A DNA stretch of 64,000 nt from Myxococcales bacterium (lineage in GTDB: Bacteria > Desulfobacterota > Binatia > HRBIN30): assembly GCA_037445065.1 (NCBI GenBank), contig JBBILD010000015.1, forward strand, positions 27,575 through 91,574. Direction: 5' to 3'. The notes beneath the pieces are model-generated. The model was not told the DNA's origin. It was given only the letters and a program-made list of their open reading frames with translations, and searched no databases. Below are positions 10,176 through 20,650 of this stretch, piece after piece. Each line of letters starts with the position of its first letter. The first letter of the stretch is position 1. A program made the position numbers and the translations under genes.

Positions 10176-11170
10176 ATGGACTGCAAGTGGATCTGGGTCG
10201 TGATCGGCCTGCTTTTCGTGGGCCCGGTGTGCGTGCAGGCCGCGGCAGCACAGCGCCCCGCGGTTGCGCTTGGGGTAGAGAAGGTCTCTTTGGTCGGCAG
10301 CCGCCGTGCGTCAGGACAAACTACGCGGATCGCCAACCGCTCGCCGTCTTCTGCAGAGGCCAGTGCGGGCAAGGCCGGGGAGGCGCGCTTTAGCGAGCCG
10401 CCGGTCCCATTGCAGGCAGCCATCTCGAAGCGGCTCGGGCAGGAGCGAAGCGGCTACGCCGCCCAGCAGCAACGCACCGTGGCAGGGCTTCTCCCGCGGG
10501 TGCGCTTTGCCAATGTGGCACACGGGCTGAGAGCGGCGCACGACGGGCAGAGGTTGCTGGTGGAAGCGGGAGAGAGCTGTGCGTGGGGGCTTTCCAGGCC
10601 GCGGCTGGGTTGCCGTGCGGTTGGGGCGGAAGAGACGCGTTGGCAGAGAGTCGGGAGAGCTACAACGCAGCGGCTCGAGGTGAACCAGGTCGAGTGGGAG
10701 CGGTGTGCCGGCAGGGCGCGGGTCCGGGAAGCGGGTGCGGAACGGCCCCGCGGAATTGCAGCAAAGGTTTACGCTGGAGGGGGCGCCCGAGGGCTGCAGA
10801 GCGGGGGCGGAAGAAGTGGTGGTGGAGCTGGCTGTTCCTGGGACAGGTAAGAGCCTGGCGGTGGGGGTGGAAGCGAGTAAGCGCGCTGTGGTGGTGAAGA
10901 GAAGGGGCGAGGAGCGGGTCGTGCTGCGCTTCGGGGGGCTGTTTGCGTACAAAGGAAAAGGGAGGGAACTCCGAGCGTGGATGGAGGCCCGGGAGGGAAG
11001 CCGCCTGCGGCTAACCGTGGAGATGGCAGGGGCGGAGTATCCGGTGCTGATCCCCTTTTGCAGCAGGCCAAGCTAACTGCCTCGGACGGCGCAGCAGGTG
11101 GCTGGTTCCGTACCTCCGCTGCCATTTCCGGGGACACGGTGGTGGTAGGGGTGCTGGGGCACGACATTTC
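10176..11170 (+). pseudogene. Frameshifted, truncated FG-GAP repeat secreted protein
   Basis: Signal peptide MDCKWIWVVIGLL; homology-like text continues through ORFs 10155, 10705 and 10977 via two frame changes, ending in one degenerate QQAKLTASDGAAG..SAAISGDTVVVG repeat. Confidence 0.7.
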
Positions 11171-11451
11171 CGTGGACAGCCACTTCGTGTGGCTCCAGGT
11201 CCCCCGCGCGCACTCTCGGGGTCTCGTGGGCGGGTACGGGCGGCTGCGCGCCCATGACAACGGATTGGTGCACGGCGGTGCGACGGCTTGTATGGCCGAG
11301 CGCGACTCGCCAGTCGGCCTTTGCGACCCCCGTGGGGGGAATCCACCTTACGGACCAACGAACCTCCCAGGCCCGGGTTCCCTGCCGGCCGGGTGGGAAG
11401 AGAAGCAGCGCTAGCCCCTGCTTCTAGGCGAAGAAGGGGCGGCCGCGAGAC

Positions 11452-12222
11452 TCACGCAGGGGGGCGGCGGTGGCCTTCGTACATCCGCAAGGCGAAGGTA
11501 CCGGCCGGGTGCGCGCGGAGTTCCGTTACGACAGCACGGGTCGTTTCAGGGAGGTCATCCGGCCCAGGGAGCTTGGCTCCATACTGCACAGGGAAGAGTA
11601 CGATGGCGCACATACTGGCGAAGGTCAGGTCGGCCGCGGTGAAGTGCTCACCCGCGAGGAAAGGGCGGCCGTCGGAAAGCCGCTGCGCGACCTCTGCAAA
11701 CACTTGGCGGATCCTCGCCTCGCTGAGGCGGATCTCGGCAGGGTGGATTCGGAAGTGCCGCTCTACGACGCGGCGCGCGAGCCGGTAGCCAGCGCGGAGG
11801 GCCAGCGCCTCGTACCACGGTGCCCCCTGGTTGTTGAAGCGGAGCAAAAGGCGTGGGTGCGGCAGCAGCCAAGCGTATGCGACCCACCGAGTGTCGATGC
11901 CGAGGACCTGGGTGAACAACGGTTCGAGCGCCACGACGCCCTCCCGTTCTTTGGGCTCATCGGGGTAGAGCCGCCGATGTATTGGGGCAGCCGAGTCGGC
12001 CCAGCGGACAATCGCGTGCGAGTCGGGAAAAGTCCCGGCATCGGTTTTGAGTACCGGTACCGTTGTGCCACCTCCGGCTCGTCGCACGGCTCGGCGGTGG
12101 AAGATCTGGAGGTGGCGTTCCTCGCGGTACCGGACGCCTGCCCAGTCCAATGCCCAGCGCGCCCGCTCGCAGTAATGGCTGAGAGGAATCGTGTAAAGAA
12201 TTGGCGGGGATGATGGCGCCAT
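11452..12222 (-). CDS. Glutathione S-transferase family protein
   Basis: SHYCERARWAL, TVPVL, DSHAI, FLAGEHFTAADL motifs. Confidence 0.88.
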   Translation of the reverse strand: MAPSSPPILYTIPLSHYCERARWALDWAGVRYREERHLQIFHRRAVRRAGGGTTVPVLKTDAGTFPDSHAIVRWADSAAPIHRRLYPDEPKEREGVVALEPLFTQVLGIDTRWVAYAWLLPHPRLLLRFNNQGAPWYEALALRAGYRLARRVVERHFRIHPAEIRLSEARIRQVFAEVAQRLSDGRPFLAGEHFTAADLTFASMCAIVLFPVQYGAKLPGPDDLPETTRAVVTELRAHPAGTFALRMYEGHRRPPA

Positions 12223-12750
12223 TCGCCCCCACCATTACGCCGGATCGTGGACGGCGGCAACAGCTTTACCTTTACCGGGGCCACGGACGCACGCCGTGAA
12301 TTCACCCGTGCACAGGAGCGAGCCAGCCTGCGAGAAACGCTGGCCTTTTCCTCGGCATCGTTCGGGTGCCGAGTCTTTTTGCGCCTCTTCCGGGGGCGGT
12401 GTGGTGCAGCGACTCGCGCGTATCTTAGAAACTGGCACCGGCGGGCTGCGGCCAACAGGCATCGTTGCCGCTTGCAGAGCAAGGGTGCGTCCGGCGTTGG
12501 GATGCCCCTGACCGCAGACGCTCGAGGCGGATGTGCCGCAGGATTGCACCGCGCTCCAGACGGTTGCTGAGCTGAACACGGGTGCGAAGCTGGGCGCCAG
12601 CGCCGTGCCCGCTCGCGCCTTTGGTGCCGCAAGGTCTGGCTGCCTCGGGTCCGGTTGGTCAGCTTCTGGAGGTCTCCTCCGTGCGGGAACACGCGCTGGA
12701 AAGCTGCTCTGTCTTGCCCGAAGGCGAGGTTGCACAGTAATGTGAGCCCG

Positions 12751-13188
12751 ATGCAGCCGTCAAGCAGGCCTTCCGAATCAGTGGTTTCCATGTTGAACCA
12801 AGCCTCGGAGGGCCGTTTGCCCGCTTTGTTCGGAATGCGCGTGACTGCCGCCGAGCCGGGGCGTGTAGAGGCGCGAATAGACCTCCAGCCCCACCATCTG
12901 GCTCCGAACGGCTACTTGCATGCCGCCACCGTCATTGCCCTCGCCGACACGTGCTGCGGCTACGGAGCCTCCATCTCGCGTCCCCAGGGGGCCACCGGGT
13001 TCACGACGATCGAGCTGAAAACAAACTTCATCGGTACTGTCCGTGAAGGCGCCATCGAGTGCACGGCGCGGCTAGTTCACGGCGGCCGGACCACACAGGT
13101 GTGGGACGCCGAGGTGCGCGACGCAGCCGTGGGTCGAACGATTGCCCTCTTTCGCTGTACGCAGTTGCTTCTTTACCCGGCTCCCTGA
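12751..13188 (+). CDS. PaaI-family hotdog thioesterase
   Basis: NGYLHA..LAD, TIELKTNF, HGGRTTQVW motifs; start at 12751 or 12790. Confidence 0.88.
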   Translation: MQPSSRPSESVVSMLNQASEGRLPALFGMRVTAAEPGRVEARIDLQPHHLAPNGYLHAATVIALADTCCGYGASISRPQGATGFTTIELKTNFIGTVREGAIECTARLVHGGRTTQVWDAEVRDAAVGRTIALFRCTQLLLYPAP

Positions 13189-13656
13189 GGCGCCGCCTTG
13201 CGTGTGCTTACTGACGCCCAGCCTGAGTAGAGTCTCGCTCAGCGGCGCACGTATGGGAAGTGTTGGTGTGCAAGGGCTCTCAGGACGATCCTTTAGGCGG
13301 CCAGGGTCAGCAGAGAAGCAGCCTGTGGCCAGCAGGAGCACCGCGGCTGGAGCTCGCGGTGCGCCCCTCCGCACGACGCGAGTGTGGAGAGAACGGCCGG
13401 ATCGCGGTGGACGCGCTCGCGCCGGCGGATAGAGGTCCGCGAAGCACGGGTCGGGCTCATGTGGGTGTTGGTAGAGCCGAGGACGTTCCCGACACCGCTA
13501 GCGGTGAACGGCTCGTCTAGCGTTCCGGATTCGGGGTTGGGGAATCGAGGGGGCGGTTCGGGTGACGGACTCGTCTGCGTACGGAGCGCCGATCGGTATA
13601 CCCCGGTTACAGCTCCTGCGGCCCAAGGTGCACGGTCGCGAACCGACTCTTGCGTC

Positions 13657-14682
13657 TCACGCGGCGAAAACGCAGTTTCTGCCCTCTTCGAACGGGAGAG
13701 AGGCTAGGAACGAACGGATCTGCCAGCGTGCCGGTGCACCCGCGACGGATACCACAAGCGGGTACTCGGTAAAGCGATGCAGGTGCTCGGGAGGAATGAA
13801 CCAGCAGGGGGGAGGCGCATGCCGAAGCCGCCCGGGGTGAATCTCCACGATCGCGCGCGCTTCTTTTCCGCAAGCTTGCAAGGCTCGGCGCAGAGCGCGG
13901 CCGGTCTTCCCGTATCCCCACAACACGTACTCAGAATGGCTGCGCAAGAACCCGCGCGCGAGAAAGTGCGCTTTGCAACGCACGATCGCGCCTTGGCTAT
14001 AACGGGGATGGCAATGGCGGGTTTGCCCAGGGTGGAGGCGCCACAGGCACAAGCGGCGGGGCACGCTGCCGATTTGGTACCCGGTGCCGAGCAAGCGCAA
14101 CACGAGGTCGTAATCCTCCGGCCACGGGCAAGTGCGGTAGCCAAGGCGGTGCAACACTGGCGCTCGGGCGAACAAGGCGGGGTGTGCGATCGGGCACTCG
14201 ATAAAGGCCTCGCGGGCGATGTCCGCTGGGGAGAGAAGGCCATTCAGCCAGAGTTCGTATGCGCGGTAGCCGTTACCGAGTGCGCGGCGTGGAAAGAGGC
14301 GAACTTGGCATCCGACCGCGGCCAAGTCGGGCTCGCTGGCAAGCATCTCCGCCTGTAAGCGCAAGCGCTCGCGGTGGGCGAGGTCGTCGGCGTCGAGCCG
14401 TGCCACGTACTCGCCGCGGCATTGCCTAAGGCCGAATTGCAGCGCCGCGGGGAGACCTTGTGCTTGCCGTGCGAAGACGCGCAGGCGGGTTTCGCTCCGC
14501 GCCCAGTAGCGGGCAACTTCGAGCGAGCCGTCGCTGGAGCCGTCGTCTACGGGCACGCATTCCCAGTCGCGCAGGGATTGACGTCTGAGGCTTTCCAGCG
14601 TGGCTGGCAGGGTGCGCGCGGCGTTGCGCACGGGCAGTAGGACGGACACCAAAGGTCGGGGCGGTGCACTGAGGATGACCAC
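13657..14682 (-). CDS. Glycosyltransferase family 2
   Basis: VSVLLPVRN, VDDGSSDG, RLDADD, EDYDL motifs. Confidence 0.88.
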   Translation of the reverse strand: MVILSAPPRPLVSVLLPVRNAARTLPATLESLRRQSLRDWECVPVDDGSSDGSLEVARYWARSETRLRVFARQAQGLPAALQFGLRQCRGEYVARLDADDLAHRERLRLQAEMLASEPDLAAVGCQVRLFPRRALGNGYRAYELWLNGLLSPADIAREAFIECPIAHPALFARAPVLHRLGYRTCPWPEDYDLVLRLLGTGYQIGSVPRRLCLWRLHPGQTRHCHPRYSQGAIVRCKAHFLARGFLRSHSEYVLWGYGKTGRALRRALQACGKEARAIVEIHPGRLRHAPPPCWFIPPEHLHRFTEYPLVVSVAGAPARWQIRSFLASLPFEEGRNCVFAA

Positions 14683-14846
14683 GCGCGTTCCGTATCATCG
14701 TGGGCCAGCCGGGCAAGCCGGGCATCCTGGCGGAAGCCCACGCGCTCGCGCCTGCGTACAGGCTCGGTCGCTGCACGAAGGCGAGCAGCTTGGAAACCGC
14801 ATGCAGCGCGTTTTGCTCGGCACCCGCCCATGATAGACGCAAACGG

Positions 14847-15773
14847 ATGACAGATGAACCGCTGGTGGTGCGGCGCGATCCGCGTCCCTTTGGCCGTTCC
14901 GCTCTGCGAGTGTTCCCACTCGCCTATGGGTGTTGGCGGTGGAAGCGGGGCGATCTGCGCCGGGCGCGTGACTGCGTGTTGGCAGCGGTAGAGGGCGGAA
15001 TCGAGCTGTTCGACCTCGCCGACGTTTACGGGGGTGATGGCGCGGTCGAGGAGCTGTTCGGCAAAGTGCTCCGGGAAATTCCCGACCTGCGGCCGCGTAT
15101 CTACATCGCGACCAAGGGAGGCATGGTTCCGGGAGAGCGCTTCGATACCAGCCCGGGCTACCTTGCGCGCGCTGTGGAAGGATCGCTCCGCCGGCTCCAG
15201 TGCGAACGGATTGATCTCTACCTGCTGCACCGGCACGATTTCCTGACCCATCCGGAAGAGACGGCGCGCGCCTTGGAGCGACTGTGCACCGAAGGGAAGG
15301 TCTGCGCAGTTGGAGTGTCGAACCACACACCGGCGCAATTCGATACGCTCCAGCGGTTTCTTGCGCGGCCTCTCGCAGTCCATCAGCGCGAGTGGAGCTG
15401 CGTTTGGCCGGCACCCCTGGAAGATGGCACACTGGAGCAGTGTTTGCTCCAGCAGGTCGGGTTCCTGGCGTGGGGCCCACTGGCTGGGGGAAAATTGCTC
15501 CTCTCCGATGCCGACATCGCGCGCCAGAGGGAGGCCGACCGATTGCGTGCCGTGATCGCTGTACTCGATAGGATCGCTGAAGAGCAACAGGTGGTGCGGG
15601 CAGCCGCAGCGCTGGCGTTTTTGATGGTGCATCCGGCGCAAGCAGTGCCCATCATCGGTACCACCCGCCCGGAGCGGATTCGCGAAATCAGCCGAGACGT
15701 GTTTCGCACGCAGCTCAGCCGCGCGGCCTGGTATGCGATCTTGCAGGCTGGGATGCGGCGCAAGTTGGTGTAA
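14847..15773 (+). CDS. Aldo/keto reductase
   Basis: FDLADVYG, ATKGG, SLRRL..IDLYLLH, GVSN, PIIG motifs. Confidence 0.9.
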   Translation: MTDEPLVVRRDPRPFGRSALRVFPLAYGCWRWKRGDLRRARDCVLAAVEGGIELFDLADVYGGDGAVEELFGKVLREIPDLRPRIYIATKGGMVPGERFDTSPGYLARAVEGSLRRLQCERIDLYLLHRHDFLTHPEETARALERLCTEGKVCAVGVSNHTPAQFDTLQRFLARPLAVHQREWSCVWPAPLEDGTLEQCLLQQVGFLAWGPLAGGKLLLSDADIARQREADRLRAVIAVLDRIAEEQQVVRAAAALAFLMVHPAQAVPIIGTTRPERIREISRDVFRTQLSRAAWYAILQAGMRRKLV

Positions 15774-15789
15774 GCAGCAGAGGCCAGGG

Positions 15790-16833
15790 TTAAAGCACAG
15801 CCAACGTTGCGAATGCGCCGATCACATGCTGCGGCTGAATCGCGGTCAAGCACTCGTAGTGACCGAAGCGACAGGTACGGGCGAGGCAAGGGCTACATGG
15901 TGGTGGTTCGTACAACACCTGAGTGCGCGCCCCTTGCGGCGCGGTGCGCGTCGGGTTGGTGGAGCCAAAGATGGTCACGGTCGGCACGCCGAGCGCGGCG
16001 GCCAGGTGAGAAGCACCTGAGTCGTTGCCTGCGTACGCGCACAGCAGGCTCAGAAGGGCCTGGAGTTCCCCGACCGAAGTTTCTCCCGCGAGTACGGTGG
16101 CCTGACCTTGTGGCAGCGCCTGCAGGAGTCTCTCGCATAAGCCGCGCTCCGCGCTCGTGCCGAGGAACACGATGCGCTTTCCCTTGGCTGTCAGGTGGTT
16201 CGCGAGTTCCCGCCAGTGTGCTTCGGGCCATTGCTTGGCTGGACCGTATGCGGCTCCGGGCGCGAGGCCAACGACGGACTCGCTGCTGCCGAGACGCTCT
16301 TCGAGCACCGCACGCATGCGACGGACGTGCGCTGGGTGGGGAGAGAGCGGCGGCGGCGACGTGGGGGTAGGCGCCGCCACGGTACGTTGCACCAATTCGA
16401 GCCAGGCGTGCCGCTGGTGGCGGGTGGGATCGTTGGTCGCAACCGGGACTGCCCGTGTGAGCAGCCAGGACCTCCCTTGAGCGCGTACCCCAGCACGCTG
16501 ACGCACGCCGCCCAGGTACATCCACAAGGCGGCGGAGAAGCTACGCGGGAAGGCAACGCCCAGATCGAAGCGGCGTACGCGCAGCGTGTACACGATCTCC
16601 CAAAGATCACGCAGGGCGCGGCTCCCGCCCCGCGGTGCAATGTATGGTAGCACCTCGTCCACCCAAGCGACCCCATCGAAGAACGAGGCCAATGGCGAAT
16701 GAACGAGGACCGATAAACGCGCCTGCGGGTAGGCACAGCGCACGGCCCACAGGGCTGGCAGGCTCATGACCAGGTCGCCGAGCCAATTGACCTCTTTGAC
16801 GAGAATGCGGCGGGGAGCTGGCAGGATTGGCAC
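15790..16833 (-). CDS. waaF: LPS heptosyltransferase II (GT9)
   Basis: NWLGDLVMS, PGAAYGPAKQW, NDSG..HLAAA, IFGST motifs. Confidence 0.88.
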   Translation of the reverse strand: MPILPAPRRILVKEVNWLGDLVMSLPALWAVRCAYPQARLSVLVHSPLASFFDGVAWVDEVLPYIAPRGGSRALRDLWEIVYTLRVRRFDLGVAFPRSFSAALWMYLGGVRQRAGVRAQGRSWLLTRAVPVATNDPTRHQRHAWLELVQRTVAAPTPTSPPPLSPHPAHVRRMRAVLEERLGSSESVVGLAPGAAYGPAKQWPEAHWRELANHLTAKGKRIVFLGTSAERGLCERLLQALPQGQATVLAGETSVGELQALLSLLCAYAGNDSGASHLAAALGVPTVTIFGSTNPTRTAPQGARTQVLYEPPPCSPCLARTCRFGHYECLTAIQPQHVIGAFATLAVL

Positions 16834-16846
16834 GGCGGTATGAGAA

Positions 16847-17806
16847 TCAGTTCACGACGTGAATGGAATGACCGGACAAAAAAGCGCGCACGTTGCGCAC
16901 TGTTTCCTGCATCAAGCGGCGGCGAGCGGCGAGGCTCGCCCAGGCGATGTGCGGGGTAATAATGCAGTTGCGCGCGTTGCGCAGGGGGTTGTCCGGGTGC
17001 ATGGGCTCGGCACTGAGTACGTCCAGCCCCGCCCCCGCAATCCATTCCTCGCGCAGCGCTTGGGCCAGTGCTGTTTCATCCACCAGCCGGCCTCGGGCGG
17101 TGTTGATGAGAAAGGCAGTGGGCTTCATTCGGCGCAGAATCGAGGTGTTGACCATCCATTCGGTCTCGGCCGTGAGAGGGCAGTGCAGGCTCACCACGTC
17201 AGCCGCGGCGAAGAGTTCCGTGAGAGAAACGAAGCGCGCGCGGGCCAGCTCATTTTCTGCGGGGCGCTTGCGGCTGGTAACCAGCACCTCCATCCCGAAA
17301 GCGCGGCTCAGTTCCGCTACGCGGCGGCCAATGCGTCCAAAGCCCACGATGCCCATACGCAGACCCGCGAGCTCGAGGGGCGCGCGGTACCAGAAGGAAA
17401 AATCAGGACTGCGAATCCAGGCGCCCGCGTGCACGGCGGCATCGTGCTCTTTGAGATGTTGGGTCAGACAGAGCAGGAGCGCGAAGACGTGCTGCGCCAC
17501 CGAATCGGTGGCGTACTCGGGCACGTTGGAAACCGGAATGCCGCGAGCGCGTGCCGCACGCGTATCGACCAGATCGTAGCCGGTGGCCAATACGGAGATG
17601 AACTTGAGCCGCGGCAATTGTGACAATGCGGAAGCGGGGAGGGGGGTTTTGTTGGTCAGCAGGATGTCGGCGTCGCGGGCACGTTCGAGCAGCGCTTCAG
17701 CCGGGGTACGGTCGTAGACCGCGAGATTGCCGAGCGCGGCGAGCGCATCCCAGGGATTGTCGCCCGGGTTTACGGTGTATCCGTCGAGCACCACGATTTG
17801 GGTCAT
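16847..17806 (-). CDS. D-2-hydroxyacid (glycerate/hydroxypyruvate-type) dehydrogenase
   Basis: VLDGYTVNPGD, GFGRIG, LHCPLT, INTARG, TPHIAW motifs. Confidence 0.92.
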   Translation of the reverse strand: MTQIVVLDGYTVNPGDNPWDALAALGNLAVYDRTPAEALLERARDADILLTNKTPLPASALSQLPRLKFISVLATGYDLVDTRAARARGIPVSNVPEYATDSVAQHVFALLLCLTQHLKEHDAAVHAGAWIRSPDFSFWYRAPLELAGLRMGIVGFGRIGRRVAELSRAFGMEVLVTSRKRPAENELARARFVSLTELFAAADVVSLHCPLTAETEWMVNTSILRRMKPTAFLINTARGRLVDETALAQALREEWIAGAGLDVLSAEPMHPDNPLRNARNCIITPHIAWASLAARRRLMQETVRNVRAFLSGHSIHVVN

Positions 17807-17863
17807 CGCTGTGCCTTTTCGTGCAACGATTCCGCAATGAGAAGGGCGAGGCCGGTGCCGCGG

Positions 17864-19048
17864 TTACACTCGCTCCAAGGCTTGCGCGAGGTCGGCGATG
17901 AGGTCGTCGGCGTCTTCGATTCCGACCGAGTACCGCACCAAATTGTCCTTGATCCCGATTTGCAACCGTTCCTCGGTAGTGAGTTCGTAGAAGCTCATGA
18001 GGGCTGGTTGCTCGATCAGGCTTTCCACCCCGCCCAGCGACGGTGCGATGCGCGGAATCCGGCAGGCATCCACCAGGCGTGAAGCGGCGTGGAGGTCGCC
18101 CTTGACTTCGAAGGAGACCACGCCCCCAAAGCCTTTCATCTGGCGGCGCGCGATCTCGTGCTCCGGATGGGAAGGGAGGCTGGGGTAGTAGACTCGCTCC
18201 ACTTTGGGGTGGCGGTCGAGAAATTCCGCAATCCGCGCAGCGTTCTCGTTCTGCCGCTGCACGCGCAACGCGAGCGTTTTTAGGCCCCGGATCAGCAAGT
18301 AGGCTGCAAAGGGGTCGGCCACAGCTCCGGTGATTCCCTGCAAGTCGCGAATTCCCGAGATGAGTTCCTCGGAGCCCAACACGACGCCAGCGAGCAAGTC
18401 ATTGTGCCCGCCCAAGTACTTGGTGGCGGAGTGGATGACTAAATCGATGCCGAAGTCCATGGGCCGCTGGTTGATCGGAGTGGCGAACGTCGAGTCAATA
18501 ATGGTTTTGACCCGATGGCGCCGGCCGATGTCCGCCACACGCTCCAGATCCAAGATGCGGTTGTACGGGTTGGTAGGAGATTCACTGAAGATGAGCCGGG
18601 TGGTGTGTCGCACCGCCTCTTCCATGCGTACGTAGTCGCCGGCGGGAACCGTGGACACCTCTACCCCGTAGCGGCGCAACACCTGATGCAAGAACTGGCG
18701 GGTGCGCCGGTACGCGTCATCGGTAACGACGACGTGCGCGCCTTTGGAAAGCATGGCGAAGAGCGTCGTCGTGATGGCTGCCATGCCGCTCGAAAAGAGC
18801 AGTGCGTCTTCGGCTCCTTCGAGTGCGGCGAGTTTGCGTTCCGCCACACGCTGGGTCGGATTGCCGTAACGACCGTATTCTTCACGTTGGATTCGCCCTT
18901 CGAAGTGATCGGCGATTTCCGCTGAATTCGCGAAGGTGTACGTAGCCGTTTGCACGATCGGCTCGGTCATGGCATTGGCCAGCTTGTGCTTGGCTTCGCC
19001 GCTGTGAACGGCTTGTGTGCTCGGGCCAGGGGATTTTGGTTCGTTCAC
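17864..19048 (-). CDS. metB: Cystathionine gamma-synthase (plant-like PLP enzyme)
   Basis: YGRYGNPT, SSGMAA, ESPTNP, DSTFATP, HSATKYLGGHND; GTG start 1 nt after the thrC stop. Confidence 0.85.
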   Translation of the reverse strand: MNEPKSPGPSTQAVHSGEAKHKLANAMTEPIVQTATYTFANSAEIADHFEGRIQREEYGRYGNPTQRVAERKLAALEGAEDALLFSSGMAAITTTLFAMLSKGAHVVVTDDAYRRTRQFLHQVLRRYGVEVSTVPAGDYVRMEEAVRHTTRLIFSESPTNPYNRILDLERVADIGRRHRVKTIIDSTFATPINQRPMDFGIDLVIHSATKYLGGHNDLLAGVVLGSEELISGIRDLQGITGAVADPFAAYLLIRGLKTLALRVQRQNENAARIAEFLDRHPKVERVYYPSLPSHPEHEIARRQMKGFGGVVSFEVKGDLHAASRLVDACRIPRIAPSLGGVESLIEQPALMSFYELTTEERLQIGIKDNLVRYSVGIEDADDLIADLAQALERV

Positions 19049-19049
19049 C

Positions 19050-20399
19050 TCAGGCCTCCATCAGTCGGACTTTGTCAGCGAAGCGGCGAATCGCGTCTAC
19101 GACTTTGCGCACATCCGCTGCGATCTCGAGCGGGTGGTTGGCGTACTTGGGTTTGATCTCGGGGATTTGCCCGAGGTGATAGGCAGTTTTTTGCTCGGAA
19201 AACTTGAGGCCGTGGGCGGTCGAGATGACCACCACTCGCTGGTTGCTACGGATGACTTTCCGCTCCACCAGCTTGCGGAACACGGCCAGGGCTACGCCCG
19301 TATGGGGGCAGTTGAACATTCCCGTGCGGTCCGCCAGTGCCGCTTCATCGGCAAGTTCGCTTTCCGTCGCTTGCTCGACGACTCCATCGAACTGTTTCAG
19401 CACGCGGATGGCGCGCTTGTAACTGACCGGGTTTCCGATCTGGATGGCGCTTGCCAGTGTTTTCTTTGCCTGCACAGGTTCGAAGGTTTCGAAGTTTTTG
19501 AGGTAAGAAAGATAGAGCGGGTTCGCATTGGCCGCTTGCGCCACAGCGATGCGCGGCAGCTTTTGGATGAGGCCCAGCTCCTTCATCATCAAGAATCCCT
19601 TGCCTAGGGCGCTGACGTTGCCCAGGTTACCCCCCGGAATCACCACCCAGTCCGGGACCTCCCAGTCGAACTGCTGCACGAGTTCGATGGCAACGGTTTT
19701 TTGCCCCTCTAGGCGAAGGCTGTTCATCGAGTTCGCGAGATAGACCGTTTTTTCCTTGGTGATTTCTTGCACCAAGGCCATGCAACCATCGAAGTCGGTG
19801 TCCAGGCTCAGGACGAGTGCACCGTTGGCAATCGGTTGGACGAGCTGGGCGGGAGAGACCTTGTTGCGTGGCAGCAACACTACAGCCGGAATCCCGGCAG
19901 CGGCACAATAATTGGCAAGAGCGGCAGAGGTGTCACCGGTCGAGGCGCAGGCGATGGCAGCGATTTGCTGGCCTTCCGCGATCATTTGTTTGACGACGGA
20001 AACGAGCACGGTCATGCCCAGGTCCTTGAAGGAGCCAGTGTGCGAGTTGCCGCATTGTTTGACCCAGAGGTCCTCGACGCCGAGCATCTTCCCGTAGCGT
20101 TCTGCCCACAACAGGTTCGTCCCACCTTCGTAGGTGGAGACGATGTTCTCATTGTCCAGGAAGGGAACGACCCACTCTTTCTTGCCCCAGACCCCAGAGC
20201 CATACGGGAACTCATTCCGGCGGTAGCGTTCGTCGAACAGCTTCATCCACGCGGCGGGCGAGCGACGGCGCAGCGCTTCGATGTCGTGCTGGACATCCAA
20301 GAGATCCCCGCAGGTCGGGCAGCGGTAGATGATCTCGAACAGGCTGAAGCGTGTGGGGCAACCATTGATGCACTCGAACCATGCACTGTACTCGCTCAT
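19050..20399 (-). CDS. thrC: Threonine synthase
   Basis: [10 protein letters not shown] (PLP lysine), [31 protein letters not shown] motifs. Confidence 0.93.
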   Translation of the reverse strand: MSEYSAWFECINGCPTRFSLFEIIYRCPTCGDLLDVQHDIEALRRRSPAAWMKLFDERYRRNEFPYGSGVWGKKEWVVPFLDNENIVSTYEGGTNLLWAERYGKMLGVEDLWVKQCGNSHTGSFKDLGMTVLVSVVKQMIAEGQQIAAIACASTGDTSAALANYCAAAGIPAVVLLPRNKVSPAQLVQPIANGALVLSLDTDFDGCMALVQEITKEKTVYLANSMNSLRLEGQKTVAIELVQQFDWEVPDWVVIPGGNLGNVSALGKGFLMMKELGLIQKLPRIAVAQAANANPLYLSYLKNFETFEPVQAKKTLASAIQIGNPVSYKRAIRVLKQFDGVVEQATESELADEAALADRTGMFNCPHTGVALAVFRKLVERKVIRSNQRVVVISTAHGLKFSEQKTAYHLGQIPEIKPKYANHPLEIAADVRKVVDAIRRFADKVRLMEA

Positions 20400-20650
20400 C
20401 GTACTTGTCTCCCGTGACTTGAGCTGGCGCCGCTGCAACCTCGGGATTCGATCGCGCCTAGGCGCAACCCCATGCGATGGCGGAGCGGAAACTACTTGTC
20501 AACCGGCGTGACAGTGTGATGGATTGGGCTTTCAGTTTGACTTTCCCTGCGCTTCGCCCTACGAGGGCGGCTGCACATTGTGGGCGCGTTCGGATTCCAA
20601 GGTTGACTAACGTAAGCGGAAGGGGAAAGAAGGCCCGGGACGGGAAGACA

